Positions 44,488 to 55,484 are shown, numbered from the stretch's first letter. The stretch: 64,000 bases of DNA from a virus (IMGVR_UViG_3300032053_000003:158392-222391), one strand, 5' to 3'. Made by a program: numbers and translations. Notes: generated by a model from the letters alone, not told the origin.

Positions 44488-45012
44488 CTATCCTAGCTTT
44501 TGTACAAGCTCAAAGATGATGTCTGGTATATCATTTTTAATGAAAATCCCTTCGTAGTCCTTGTTATCAATGTTTGATTTGTACCTATATATATCAGATC
44601 CATTAATGTTTACAGTCAGATACTCATTATGCTTAATCCATTCAAGAGTAATACTGCCATCTATCTCTGCTCCCAACATAGGGAGATTATGTACAAATAC
44701 ATTAATGAATATTGATAGTTTCTCATAAATATCAAGAGGTATAGGTACTGCTTCCCTGTTGTCCCAACCATGCTTTGAACATTTATTAACAAGTGTGAGC
44801 ATATTTTTACTCATGATATACATACTAACTACTTCACATCTAGGCCCAAACCCTATCTCTGGATTATCATCGTAGTGAGGAAGACTTTTGACTGTTCCAT
44901 CCTCATCTATGAAGTTAAAAGAGTTTGTAGCAGTGTTCCACTTACCTATAAAGGTATTGTGGCCTGTACCAAAGTAGTAAAGTTCGTTTCTGAGTTCACT
45001 CTTTTTAATCAT
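44488..45012 (-). CDS. Hypothetical protein
   Basis: 174-aa ORF. Confidence 0.5.
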   Translation of the reverse strand: MIKKSELRNELYYFGTGHNTFIGKWNTATNSFNFIDEDGTVKSLPHYDDNPEIGFGPRCEVVSMYIMSKNMLTLVNKCSKHGWDNREAVPIPLDIYEKLSIFINVFVHNLPMLGAEIDGSITLEWIKHNEYLTVNINGSDIYRYKSNIDNKDYEGIFIKNDIPDIIFELVQKLG

Positions 45013-46309
45013 CTAAGTAGGTACTACTATCCTTTTCACCAAAGTATGAACGAGCCAGATCACGTTCCATGGTTATGTATACACCATCTTCCCCTCTTCT
45101 GCACTTGTCTATAAATAGCTTACCTTTTTTTGCTCCCTTTTTAAAGTTAATACTTGTTACCGAGTATGCTTTATGGGCTTTCTTTGCACTGTGAGCCAAA
45201 TGGTGAGATTGGATTACTTCACCCTCTGGAAGATCCCATGCATCCCTTCTAGGCTGTGCAAAGGTCACTATAGGGCATTTAAAGTAGTCTGCTACTTGAA
45301 TCAGCTCCCCATAAATGTTACCTGCATCTTCATACATATCATTGGTGGTTCCACCAACAGGAAGAAGGCAATCATCGTAGTCAAGTATGATAAGATCAGG
45401 ACTTACTCCAAGGGTAGATCTGTGTTGGGCTACCCAGGCTCTTATGGTCATAGCATTTGCTGTTTTTTCAGGCCAATAGTTTACAAATAAATTATTTTCA
45501 AACTTCTTGAACTTCTCCATCTTCTTTTTCCATGTCTCATTATCCACGGTCAAGAAGGATGCATGAGTAAGCCCTGTGACCCTGAGTGCATAATGCTTGA
45601 GCACATCTATATCTTTGATTTCTAAGGTAGCATGAAATACTATTTTACCTATAGCTATATTATAAGCTCCTATGTTGCAACCAAATGTGGACTTACCAGA
45701 TCCTGGAGGTCCCATAAACATATGAAGTTCCCCAGGAGCCATACCTCCCATCAATGCCTGATCATATCTTCCAAATCCTGTCTTGATAAGCTTTGCAGGA
45801 TCATACTTATCACGGTATTTTTCAGGGAGATTGATCAGATCCTGAAGGGTTTTGGTCTCTTGTGCCCCTGAGCCAATTGAGATAGCCTTATCTATCATTT
45901 TTAAAACAGGCTCATAGTCATCACTTCTTTCGAGGATGGTTATGGAGTCCTCAATGGCTTTCTTAAGAGCTTGCTTCCTTACAAACTGAACAACTTTGTT
46001 GACTATAAAGGGCTCATTTTTAGGCTTGGACAGGTAAATATCTCTCACTTCATCTCTAAATATTTTAAGAGACTCAGATCCCCAACCCTTATTACTAACA
46101 AAATCCTCTATAAGGATAAGAAGATCCTTGCGTTCAAGCTCAACCTCATACAGCATCATATGTTGATTGATGAGGCTAAATATAGCTTTCATAGGGGCTA
46201 AGTCAAAGCTGTCCTCTTGTAATAAGCAGCCATAGTTAGTGGCAAATACTACATTGTTGGCTAACGTATATAATACTTCACGTTGAAACTCATGGGAGTA
46301 TAATGGCAT
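45005..46309 (-). CDS. Replicative DNA helicase (DnaB/gp4-like RecA-fold)
   Basis: Walker A GPPGSGKST, Walker B LIILDYDD, ATLEIKD resembling the DnaB SLEM box. Confidence 0.7.
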   Translation of the reverse strand: MPLYSHEFQREVLYTLANNVVFATNYGCLLQEDSFDLAPMKAIFSLINQHMMLYEVELERKDLLILIEDFVSNKGWGSESLKIFRDEVRDIYLSKPKNEPFIVNKVVQFVRKQALKKAIEDSITILERSDDYEPVLKMIDKAISIGSGAQETKTLQDLINLPEKYRDKYDPAKLIKTGFGRYDQALMGGMAPGELHMFMGPPGSGKSTFGCNIGAYNIAIGKIVFHATLEIKDIDVLKHYALRVTGLTHASFLTVDNETWKKKMEKFKKFENNLFVNYWPEKTANAMTIRAWVAQHRSTLGVSPDLIILDYDDCLLPVGGTTNDMYEDAGNIYGELIQVADYFKCPIVTFAQPRRDAWDLPEGEVIQSHHLAHSAKKAHKAYSVTSINFKKGAKKGKLFIDKCRRGEDGVYITMERDLARSYFGEKDSSTYLDD

Positions 46310-46327
46310 AGTGCCTCAATATATCAA

Positions 46328-47332
46328 TTATTTTTTACTCAATAAATTAGTCAACCACTTAGACCCTGCTGTTTGAAGTCCAAGCTCATAAAATATTTTC
46401 TTTACGTAAGGGAAATCAAGTACAGCCTCATCTTTTGCTTCCTCAAAAAGTTGTATGACTTCATCCTCGTCTACCTCAATATATTCAAGATCCATTAGCC
46501 TTATATTACGTTTGATAACCTTGAAGTGCTGTATTACAGCCTGATGCTTTTTGTCATCACTGCCACTACAGAAATCGAAGAGAGCAGATAGTGTGGGTTC
46601 ACTGAGACTGTTTATTATCTTTGTAGCATTCACCTTACCTATGCCAGGTACACCTCCTATGTTATCAGAGGTGTCTCCTTTCATAGCTTTGTACAAAGTG
46701 AACCCATCTAATCCAAACTTATACTTACTCTTGAAGTTGTTGGCAGTGAGGTGTTCATCTTGTCTGTAGAGGTATACAGAGGCTCCAAGCTTTACCATTT
46801 GTACAAAATCTTCATCACTGGTAACGCAATAAACACTGGATTCTTTGGTAAGTAACTTGGTAAGCACATAAATGATATCATCAGCTTCTTCATTAGGTAT
46901 CCGAAGGGATGGTATTCCCATAGCAGGTAAGAGTACATCCAGTGTTTTAAAAGCAAAACCTTTCATATTTTCTATCATCTCTTTCTTATCAAGCTCTTCT
47001 TCAGTCATCATAATGCCAGTGGCATCCTTGCCCTTACCCTTACCCTTGTCCCTATTTTTGTAATCAGGGTAGAGCTTGTTCCTAAAGGCTGCATGGCCCC
47101 CATCAAATACAACAATCATACTTCCTTGGATCTTTTGGTTTATCCCCCAGAGGGTATTAAGGAATACATGAAGGGCACCAGTGGGCTCTCCATGAGGACC
47201 TTGGAGATCAGCCACTGCTGCATGAGAGGCATAATTTACAAAGTAGTTACCATCTACTATACAAACAATAGATTTCATTTGGAGATTCTCCAATAAAATT
47301 TTATAGGTACTTAACTCTTGATGCTTTATCAA
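46328..47332 (-). CDS. 5'-3' exonuclease / flap endonuclease (Pol I 5'-exo-like)
   Basis: VCIVDGNY, VVFDGG, EADDII, TSDEDF, H3TH GDTSDNIGGVPGIGKVNATKII. Confidence 0.85.
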   Translation of the reverse strand: MIKHQELSTYKILLENLQMKSIVCIVDGNYFVNYASHAAVADLQGPHGEPTGALHVFLNTLWGINQKIQGSMIVVFDGGHAAFRNKLYPDYKNRDKGKGKGKDATGIMMTEEELDKKEMIENMKGFAFKTLDVLLPAMGIPSLRIPNEEADDIIYVLTKLLTKESSVYCVTSDEDFVQMVKLGASVYLYRQDEHLTANNFKSKYKFGLDGFTLYKAMKGDTSDNIGGVPGIGKVNATKIINSLSEPTLSALFDFCSGSDDKKHQAVIQHFKVIKRNIRLMDLEYIEVDEDEVIQLFEEAKDEAVLDFPYVKKIFYELGLQTAGSKWLTNLLSKK

Positions 47333-48197
47333 AATACTTCATGTACTCATCTCCAAGATCATCTGGATCATCCTCACCAGGTAGGTCTACTCTCCACACC
47401 TCAGCAAATCCAGCTTTCATAAGAGATCTTGAAACTGCTTTGACTTGACCTTCAGGTACACCACCATCAAGAGACATCCAAACCCTATCAGCTCTTGTCC
47501 TTATCTTGTATAATTGGAGAGGTGATATGGTTTTACCAAGGAGGCATACGGCACTTACACCTGTGGTTTTTTCAGCACTTACTGCTGATAGGAAGCCTTC
47601 ACAGATAATGCACTCTCTATTTTTGATCTTATCAACTCCATATACGATGTTACTTTTGGGTACGTCTACATTGATGTACTTACGGTCATCACCCATGTAG
47701 GTTCTTCCAATAGCATAGACACATATTCCATCCTCATAGAAAGGGAATATAACTCTACCAGTCCACTTATTTATCAACCTATCATCTTCTTTGTAGGACT
47801 TACCTGAACGTATGTCATACTTTTGGATGTCTTCCATAGTAAGACCACGATCATTGAGAAGGTAGTTGGTTGATCTGGGGTGTCTTTTGGGATTAATAGG
47901 TTCTGAAAACTTATCAATATCTACTCCTGTTGTCTGAATAAGAGGTCTATCAAATACTTTGTGAAGTGCAGTTCTTAGTTCATCAAGGCTCTTATTTGAA
48001 GTTACCTCTTCAGAGGATAATATGAACTCAGAACCAAGCTTGATGTGCTTATCCATGCAGACAAAGCAGATCCCCATCCTTGTCTTGATATCAAAATAGA
48101 AATGTTCTTCCTTGTTGCAGAACGGACAATCTGTTTTAAATCTGTTTTTGTTGGTTGCATGTGCTGGAACGGCATTTCTCATTAAATCGTGAACCAT
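47301..48197 (-). CDS. DNA primase (zinc-finger plus TOPRIM)
   Basis: CPFCNK...CFVC zinc ribbon. TOPRIM-like ECIICEGFLSAVS and SLDGG. Confidence 0.65.
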   Translation of the reverse strand: MVHDLMRNAVPAHATNKNRFKTDCPFCNKEEHFYFDIKTRMGICFVCMDKHIKLGSEFILSSEEVTSNKSLDELRTALHKVFDRPLIQTTGVDIDKFSEPINPKRHPRSTNYLLNDRGLTMEDIQKYDIRSGKSYKEDDRLINKWTGRVIFPFYEDGICVYAIGRTYMGDDRKYINVDVPKSNIVYGVDKIKNRECIICEGFLSAVSAEKTTGVSAVCLLGKTISPLQLYKIRTRADRVWMSLDGGVPEGQVKAVSRSLMKAGFAEVWRVDLPGEDDPDDLGDEYMKYFDKASRVKYL

Positions 48198-48239
48198 TAT
48201 AACCCCCCAGTTATAATTACATCATTAATAATATGATGC

Positions 48240-48809
48240 CTAATTTATGGAGAACTCTTCTACATGATCATCTTTGTCTAATATGTAGATTGTGTTGCAG
48301 GATCTTCCGTAGGTTTTAATAGCAGTTTTGGTTATTCTTTGGGTAAGCTCTTTGAATCTGACAGGTGACATCCAATCCAGGTAACTTTTGTATAGTGGGA
48401 TAGTATGAATACGATATTTCTTTTGGTCCTGAGCCAACACAAGAACTATGTCTTGGCACATGTTAATGAGAATACTTCTTTCGTGTTCTCTCCATTGATC
48501 ATAATGGAAGACTATCCCTCTCCAAGGTTTTGGTTTCAGGTGTGCCTCAATACTACTTTGAAGCCTCTTAGACATAGTCATCCAAGATCTGTAGTCTACC
48601 CAGCACATGCATCCTTCAAGATCATAGCCACATATGTCCTTGATTACAGTTTGGTACTCGTCTTCTTTTTGTTTCTCACAGATGTCTTTGGGCTTGGTTT
48701 TTACTAAAGCAGCTTGTTTTAATCTTTGACCAATTACAGTAGTAGTTGTTTCAGTGCTGAAGATATAATCTACTACTGCATTGACATTTTGTGACACTAA
48801 AACCCCCAA
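48240..48809 (-). CDS. Hypothetical protein
   Basis: 189-aa ORF. Confidence 0.5.
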   Translation of the reverse strand: MGVLVSQNVNAVVDYIFSTETTTTVIGQRLKQAALVKTKPKDICEKQKEDEYQTVIKDICGYDLEGCMCWVDYRSWMTMSKRLQSSIEAHLKPKPWRGIVFHYDQWREHERSILINMCQDIVLVLAQDQKKYRIHTIPLYKSYLDWMSPVRFKELTQRITKTAIKTYGRSCNTIYILDKDDHVEEFSIN

Positions 48810-48894
48810 GGCTACAAATCATTAGACAGTGTTATAATATAAGCTCATCAAGATCAGGAAGCAAGAATTTTTTTAAGTCACAGACCTCGTTTTG

Positions 48895-49401
48895 TCATAG
48901 CTTCTTTAATCCTTTAAGGAAAATCTTTTTAAAGGCACTCCAGGTTATCATGACGATAGGCTCACCTAGAATCTTACGTTTGTGTATGACCATCCAGTCA
49001 TAAGATTCTATCATATTAGCCTCAGCCTGATGGATAGCCCCTACGAAATCAAGACTTTCAGTAGCCTTAGTCTCTATGTTGAAGGGGAACAGCTTCTGAG
49101 CTTTGCCTCTTAGGACTACATCCACACCAGACTGTCCCATTTCCCTGTTGTGAATAAGACAATCATCGTCTTCCTGATCATAAGGTATGTCCAGCATCTC
49201 ACTGATTTGCTGACAGATGTACTTCTGAAGACCCCTACCCTTACCCTTCCTGCTGGATATCTTGATGGTCTTGAGATTGTTCTTCATCTTTCGGAGTACG
49301 TTTTCGTACCTAGTTTGCCAGTTAGTAGTCTTACTGGTTTCAAGAGCCTCTATGATTAGCTCTATGTCCTTTGTGTCAAGATTGATGGTTCTCTTAGCCA
49401 T
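48895..49401 (-). CDS. Possible Hjc-like (PD-(D/E)xK) Holliday-junction resolvase
   Basis: GQSGVDVV...FNIETKAT resembles the Hjc SGxxxD...IExK core. Weak. Confidence 0.35.
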   Translation of the reverse strand: MAKRTINLDTKDIELIIEALETSKTTNWQTRYENVLRKMKNNLKTIKISSRKGKGRGLQKYICQQISEMLDIPYDQEDDDCLIHNREMGQSGVDVVLRGKAQKLFPFNIETKATESLDFVGAIHQAEANMIESYDWMVIHKRKILGEPIVMITWSAFKKIFLKGLKKL

Positions 49402-49682
49402 TAAATACCTTCCTCTATCGGGTCTGGGAAAAATCTCTTAATATTGTCCTGGTTAGATATCAGTATCCCACCACCATTATTGGAGATAAGCTTGGCAACC
49501 TCCCTAAGGTTCTCCTCAAGTACTTCTATGTCTCCGTTTGGGTATCTCATTTTAGTCCTAGTACCGTCCATAAAGAACACAATATTTGAATCCACAGGCA
49601 CTAGAATAGGGGATAGTTCAGGCACAATTTTGCCACCCTTCTTAACGCCACTATTCCTAGAAGCAGTTAGACAAACATACAT
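49401..49682 (-). CDS. Hypothetical protein
   Basis: 93-aa ORF. Confidence 0.4.
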   Translation of the reverse strand: MYVCLTASRNSGVKKGGKIVPELSPILVPVDSNIVFFMDGTRTKMRYPNGDIEVLEENLREVAKLISNNGGGILISNQDNIKRFFPDPIEEGI

Positions 49683-49692
49683 AAGCTATCTC

Positions 49693-50202
49693 TTAGTACT
49701 TAGGGTTTCTCATACTGGTAGGATTCTTCATAGGTCCACCAGGGTTCTTTACCTTTTTCTTTTCCTCCTGGATCTTCCCTTCCTTACCTCTTTTGACCAG
49801 AGCCACCTGATTCATTGGGAACCACTGCTCTTCAACAGGATGCCCTTCTTTATTGAGTTCTTTACTCTGAATGCCTATCCTTACACATCCGTTGATCCAG
49901 AACCCATGGCCTATTACAGAGCCTTTGAATGCACCTACTTTGTCCTTGACCTCATCACTGAGCTGAATATCTATCTCAGGGAATTCAGGAGCCTCAAGGT
50001 CTGTAGCCTCTATGAACTTGAGAGAGGTACCATCGAAGAAGACAGGCTCAATAGGTCTCCCTTCATGAAGCTCTCTGCTCCTCACTCCATACCTATCCTG
50101 ATTGTAAAGGTAGCGTAAGTGTACCACTATCACTCCTTTAAACTCCGTTATGACATCCTGTACAACATCTCCGAGTTTGAAATCATAGCTTTCATTATTC
50201 AT
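49693..50202 (-). CDS. Hypothetical protein
   Basis: 169-aa ORF. Confidence 0.5.
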   Translation of the reverse strand: MNNESYDFKLGDVVQDVITEFKGVIVVHLRYLYNQDRYGVRSRELHEGRPIEPVFFDGTSLKFIEATDLEAPEFPEIDIQLSDEVKDKVGAFKGSVIGHGFWINGCVRIGIQSKELNKEGHPVEEQWFPMNQVALVKRGKEGKIQEEKKKVKNPGGPMKNPTSMRNPKY

Positions 50203-50918
50203 ATATCCTCCTTTGGATACTCTTTTGGTCTTGATAACAAATTTGGTTTAAAATACACTTTGCAATTGGACTTACGTGCTGCAATGAGCAAATTCTCTAC
50301 CCAGATCCATTCTGGTTGTCCTGCTGGCATCTTGGTAGATCTGCTTCTTCCTCCAATGATAACCCAATCAAACATAGACAGGTTAGGTACTCCCATGTCT
50401 TCTTCTAGAGGCTCAAAGGAAACAAATTTGACAGGAGCTTTAATCTTCATGAAGATTTGTCTGGTAGAATCCAGTCTGTCTTTTACATCAATAGTGGCTC
50501 CTACCCATACATTCTCAGGGAAGACGAATTCAAGATATCTTTCTGGGTTTTTTGTAAGTAGCAAATAATTCCATTGTGGGGATTTGGCACATATACCTAA
50601 AACCCTATCGATCCATTTTTTAGGGACCCACTTACCAAACAGATCACCCATAGAACATACAAATACGTTCTTATCACTGAGACTGTTTATCTTCTTGGGT
50701 GGCTTGCTGTTAACAGGTGCATTCAGCCTATTAGCATGGAAGGTAGGTTTGAACCCTTGGGGGTAGAATCTGGCAGCTATGTCACGAGCATAGCAATAGG
50801 TACAGCCATGGTTACACCCTGTGACAGGATTCCAAGACCACCGTGCCCACTCAATCTTGGCTCCTTCCTTACCCTCATTACTTTCATTGAATACACTTGT
50901 TGACTTTGAAGCCATCAT
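50199..50918 (-). CDS. Phage Gp37/Gp68 (DUF5131) family protein, radical-SAM-like
   Basis: WSWNPVTGCNHGCTYCYARD, with a CxxxCxxC motif. Confidence 0.7.
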   Translation of the reverse strand: MMASKSTSVFNESNEGKEGAKIEWARWSWNPVTGCNHGCTYCYARDIAARFYPQGFKPTFHANRLNAPVNSKPPKKINSLSDKNVFVCSMGDLFGKWVPKKWIDRVLGICAKSPQWNYLLLTKNPERYLEFVFPENVWVGATIDVKDRLDSTRQIFMKIKAPVKFVSFEPLEEDMGVPNLSMFDWVIIGGRSRSTKMPAGQPEWIWVENLLIAARKSNCKVYFKPNLLSRPKEYPKEDI

Positions 50919-51958
50919 ATCTCTTCCATTGTGCCCATCCCCATCTCTATGTCCTCTTCCTCATTGTCCTCCATCTCCATATTTTTCAGGTGTTCATCAA
51001 GCATTTCTTTATAGTCATCAAGCTCTTGCTTTGAAATAAAATCATCTAAATCCATCTTTCTTATCTGCTCTTTTGTATATTCTGATAAGAGGTATATTGC
51101 TTTCCCCTTCTCTGTTTTCTGGGAGTAAAACCCTGCATTCTCAAACTCATCCATGTTTGGCATATTGGTACAGATGAACATAACCCATTGGTGAATACCA
51201 TAAGTAAACCTGTTACACATGTAGTCCTTATGGAGCTTATTTAATATGTTCTTACCCAGGTGGTAGTTCTTATAATCAAACTTAGACCCTGAAAGTTTAC
51301 CTCCTTTTGAAACCCCCCTGCACCTCTTTATGGTGTTTACAGGTAAATTCATAAGTAGGTCTACCTTTTTAAACCTCTTAATTTTAAACAATTCTGGAAG
51401 GGCAGCAGGTCTGAAATCTGCAATCTCATTTTCATCGTCTTCATTATCTTTACCATAGACCATCTTAATCATTCCATTAGGGTCTATATAGACAAGACCA
51501 CGTTGAGTAGGCAGGTACCTCTGGTTTTTCTTACTCTCCTCTTGTACATAGTTTGTTACAAAGTCTATATAGTTCCCATGAATGATCTTAATATCAAACT
51601 GATCCCTACTAAACTCCAGGTGCTCTGAAAAGTACTGATCCAGGTTCTTTTTTAGTTCCTCACAGACCTCTCTGTCTTTATCAATAAACCTACATACAAA
51701 CTTCATCTCTTTGAGGTACTGAGCCTGAAAGTTAGGGTGATGATGTACAGTATCTAAAAAGATAAGAGGACTTCCGTATTTGCCATCTTCCTCTCTTCCA
51801 TAACCAGCACACAAATCCCAATAAATAAATGGTCTACTCCAAGTGTTCCATCTCCATTTTTTAAAGATGAGGCTGTTAACCCTCAATATCTCTGTTAGGG
51901 CTATAGTATACGTTTTATGTTTTACAGGTGTGACCTCAGAATAATATCTTCTTTTCAC
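50915..51958 (-). CDS. Candidate partner of Gp37/Gp68 (TcmP-like three-Cys-motif protein?)
   Basis: 347-aa ORF translationally coupled (4-nt overlap) to the DUF5131 gene. Several conserved Cys residues. The assignment rests on the known co-occurrence of the pair. Confidence 0.3.
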   Translation of the reverse strand: MKRRYYSEVTPVKHKTYTIALTEILRVNSLIFKKWRWNTWSRPFIYWDLCAGYGREEDGKYGSPLIFLDTVHHHPNFQAQYLKEMKFVCRFIDKDREVCEELKKNLDQYFSEHLEFSRDQFDIKIIHGNYIDFVTNYVQEESKKNQRYLPTQRGLVYIDPNGMIKMVYGKDNEDDENEIADFRPAALPELFKIKRFKKVDLLMNLPVNTIKRCRGVSKGGKLSGSKFDYKNYHLGKNILNKLHKDYMCNRFTYGIHQWVMFICTNMPNMDEFENAGFYSQKTEKGKAIYLLSEYTKEQIRKMDLDDFISKQELDDYKEMLDEHLKNMEMEDNEEEDIEMGMGTMEEI

Positions 51959-51971
51959 AGTACTCCCCCAG

Positions 51972-53657
51972 TTATTGTTGAACTACACTTGATATCTCGT
52001 TAACTTTTTCCACCTCAATAATGGATTCAAAGCTGGTTTTAAAGTCATTCTTATGGGTGATGATATAAATGCACAGGTTCTCATCAAAGATCATGTCAAT
52101 GCAGTTCAGGATCATCTGTATCCCTGTGTTGTCCAGGCTGTCAAAGATCTCATCGAAGACAAGGAGGTTTGTGCTTACACCAGCACACTCCAGTAGGAAC
52201 CTCTGAAGACTCAGGATGATGATTATATCGGCCCTTCTCTTCTCTCCACCAGAGAGTGACTTATAGCCTCTTTTGCCATCGTTTATTTGGATATCCACAC
52301 CACTCTCTTTCTGGCTTACACATAGAGAGATGATCATACTGTCAAGGATACTTGGTGATATCTCTGCAAGGATAGTGTTTACGAAGCTCAAATACTTCTC
52401 CAGTACCCTGGTTCTGAAAGGTGAAGAGGGTAGAAGCAGGGAAAGGATATAACTCACACCATTCAACTTTACTTCCATGTCCTTGAGCTGGGCATTGAGG
52501 TCATTTACTTCTGCAACCAGTTCATTCAGTTCTTTCTGTGTGTCACTGATCGATTCAGTAGTCTCCTCAGTTTGATCATCCATTCTGGCAATAATACCAC
52601 CCAAGTTATTGTTTAAGATCCTCAGTTCCCTTTTAGCTGCATAGATATCATTATCCATGAGGTTAATGCCATCCAGCAGTGATTCTAAGCCTCTTACCTT
52701 GGACTTCATCTTAGGAAGCTTGTCATCATAAGCTTCCAGCTTCATCCTGGCATCGGCTACCATGGAGACAGGATAGTTTTGACCACAGGTAGGACAGATA
52801 CCGTCTTCAATAAGATCAATCAAGGTCTTCATCTGCTCCTCAATGATAGAGCAGGATGATTTAATAGTGTCCAGGCTCTCACGTAGAGTAACAGGCTCTT
52901 CTGTACTGCACATTTCCCTCTTACTCTCAAGGTAATTGAGATTAGACCTTGCCTCACTGAGCTGTTTCTTTATCTCACGAAGCTCATCCTTGAAGTTGTT
53001 GTTGGCCTTTCCAGTGGCTGTCCTAAGGGTCTCCACCTCTGAATTTTTGGCAATCATTTTGCCTTCAACTACAGAGTACTGATTATCAAGTTCAGAGTGT
53101 GTTGCTAAGAGTAACTGCTTTTCCTTCTGGAACAGCTTATTAAAACTATCCCAACTATTTAGGCCCATCATGTCCTCAAGAACTCCCTTACGAATGGTAG
53201 GGGTCATGGTACTGAGGTTAATAGGCAAGCCTTGAATGACGGTTACTACTATGACAAATAAATCATAAGGGATTCCTATGATCCTATCTATAACATCTTC
53301 GATATTCTCTGTGTTTCTTGGTGAGATGTTCTCACCATTACAGCTTACTTTAACTTTGTTGGAGTCCTTTTTATCGTAGGTTCTAATGATCTCGTAGAGA
53401 TCGTCCTCTATAGAGAACTCAACACCTACAAGACATTTGCCTTTACCATCTCTTGATATATTTTTCTCTCTGAGAGTTCTCTTATAGAAGCACCAAGATA
53501 TGCTTTCAAAGAGGTGACTCTTCCCAGCACCATTGGACTCAGAGAAGTTGGTATCCCGATTAATGCCTGATACCATGTGCTTCCCCGATTCAAAGGGAAA
53601 GTCAAACTCTGCAAAGCTCCCAAAATTTGTACCCCATACTCTCTTAAATACAATCAT
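51972..53657 (-). CDS. sbcC: SbcC/Rad50-like ATPase
   Basis: Walker A SNGAGKSHLFESI, zinc-hook CPTCGQ, signature LSGGEKRR, Walker B LLVFDEIFDSLD. Confidence 0.8.
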   Translation of the reverse strand: MIVFKRVWGTNFGSFAEFDFPFESGKHMVSGINRDTNFSESNGAGKSHLFESISWCFYKRTLREKNISRDGKGKCLVGVEFSIEDDLYEIIRTYDKKDSNKVKVSCNGENISPRNTENIEDVIDRIIGIPYDLFVIVVTVIQGLPINLSTMTPTIRKGVLEDMMGLNSWDSFNKLFQKEKQLLLATHSELDNQYSVVEGKMIAKNSEVETLRTATGKANNNFKDELREIKKQLSEARSNLNYLESKREMCSTEEPVTLRESLDTIKSSCSIIEEQMKTLIDLIEDGICPTCGQNYPVSMVADARMKLEAYDDKLPKMKSKVRGLESLLDGINLMDNDIYAAKRELRILNNNLGGIIARMDDQTEETTESISDTQKELNELVAEVNDLNAQLKDMEVKLNGVSYILSLLLPSSPFRTRVLEKYLSFVNTILAEISPSILDSMIISLCVSQKESGVDIQINDGKRGYKSLSGGEKRRADIIIILSLQRFLLECAGVSTNLLVFDEIFDSLDNTGIQMILNCIDMIFDENLCIYIITHKNDFKTSFESIIEVEKVNEISSVVQQ

Positions 53658-53671
53658 TATAACCTCAATAA

Positions 53672-53899
53672 TTACTTCAATTCAGGGTGTGTATGATTCA
53701 AAGCTTCCTTAAATACAAAATCAATCTCTACTGCATCAGGTCTGCAAAGTTCCCAGCCTTCACACTCAATCTCCTTGATAAGATCCAGATAGAAATAATA
53801 TCTGGCTGTTTCATCGGGAAACCACTTCTTAGCACTCTTTACCAGTTTAAATATTAGCCCCTTCTCTTTTATAAAACTTGTCATAAACACTCCTCTCAT
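53672..53899 (-). CDS. Hypothetical protein
   Basis: 75-aa ORF. Confidence 0.4.
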   Translation of the reverse strand: MRGVFMTSFIKEKGLIFKLVKSAKKWFPDETARYYFYLDLIKEIECEGWELCRPDAVEIDFVFKEALNHTHPELK

Positions 53900-53938
53900 A
53901 GAGCAGAGCTACATACCCTGTTACCTCGATACACTTAT

Positions 53939-54445
53939 TCAACTCATTGACATCAAAAGAGTCTCAAAATCCATATAAATAAGCTCATTGGCTTCATCTT
54001 CCAGTCCAGATTCCATGTAGATCTTATGGGTCTTTTCAAAATAAGCTTTCACCCTGACAGCTTCTCCAAATTTGAGCAGAGTGGCCCTGATAGATCCCAT
54101 CTCAGGATGATAGGAGAAGCATATTGCTGGTTTTGTTATAGGGTAGTCATACTGACCATCGTTAGTCATATACCACCCACTTGTTTTCTTTTCCTCTATC
54201 TTCTCATAAGTAGCTTCAAAAATATCGGGTTTGCAGGGATAGTAGTGTTCCCCATCAGGCTCAGGTATAATCCAGTCTCCTACTTCCAAGAGAACTACCT
54301 GGTTATTGTGTATAGTATGTACATGAGGCTCACTGTTACCTGATGTATAACAGGATATGGAATTACACATACCCTTTACTAAACCACCATATTTCACATA
54401 CTGAATAGCCTCAATAACTATTGGTTTCTTACGATACTTACTCAC
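53939..54445 (-). CDS. Hypothetical protein
   Basis: 168-aa ORF. Confidence 0.5.
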   Translation of the reverse strand: MSKYRKKPIVIEAIQYVKYGGLVKGMCNSISCYTSGNSEPHVHTIHNNQVVLLEVGDWIIPEPDGEHYYPCKPDIFEATYEKIEEKKTSGWYMTNDGQYDYPITKPAICFSYHPEMGSIRATLLKFGEAVRVKAYFEKTHKIYMESGLEDEANELIYMDFETLLMSMS

Positions 54446-54459
54446 AATATTTTACCCCT

Positions 54460-55484
54460 TTATTTTATGACACCATCGTATATTTCAACATACTCAGGCT
54501 TGTTCTCTATAATAAAATCACGTAACATTTTTTCTGGCTTGTCTATCTCATTCCTAATGAGGTTTTGAGCAGCCTCATCCTTGTTCTTGGAGGTAATGAA
54601 CATGTACTGAAACCCTTCAAGCATCCCCTGTACATCATCTTCAGGAAGCTCAGAATAGACTTTTAAGATACACCTGTCAGGGTCCATAAACTTAAGTTTG
54701 TTAAGATCCTTCACTTTGATAAAGTGTTTTGATAGGTCATTCTGGATGATCTCATACTCATTGCTATCTGTATCATAGATCAGAACACCACCAGCATCTT
54801 CAAGATGCTCTCTTGTAAACCTTCCCTGTATGAGGGACCCAGGATAGATAACAGATCCTACAACTTGCTGAAGATGGATGTGACCACAGATAACAGGAAC
54901 AGCTACATTGGAATCAAGACCCACCTCTACTGGATGATTATTATCATGAACAGCTCCAAGGAAATCGATATGAGCTGCTATCAAATCATAATGAGATCCT
55001 TCAAGGATTCCTTGATAAGCTTCTTCAAGACTATCGGTAAAAGGTACCAGGAAGATGTTGAAGCCAGCCTTACCTCTCTTACCTAGAGAGTAGTTCATAT
55101 TTTCGGTTACAAGGATACCATGAGCTTCAAGAGAACAGATACTAGTTATCTTAGAACCATCAGATTCATTAACAGCATAAATATCATGATTACCTACAAG
55201 GATCAAATGATCAATACCCATCATCTTACAGATTGAGGAGATCCTACCCATTCCAAGAGAAGCTGCATGAAGAGTTCTTACAGATACAGTATTATCCTTA
55301 TGGTAAGTATCTCCAAGATCTATTACCAGATTAGGTTCATACTCTTCTATTCTGGATCTTATGAAATCAAAACCAAGGAGGATATTATTAAGCTCTCCTG
55401 TTAATCCATTTTCTTGGACCCTGTTAAAAGGAGGATAGGAAGAAGTCTCACGAAAATGTGGATCAGCATAGAACAAAATTTTCA
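54460..55484 (-). CDS. sbcD: SbcD/Mre11-like nuclease
   Basis: ADPHF, DLGDT, GNHD, GHIH. Likely start is MKILFYADPHF behind GGGGAG. Confidence 0.8.
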
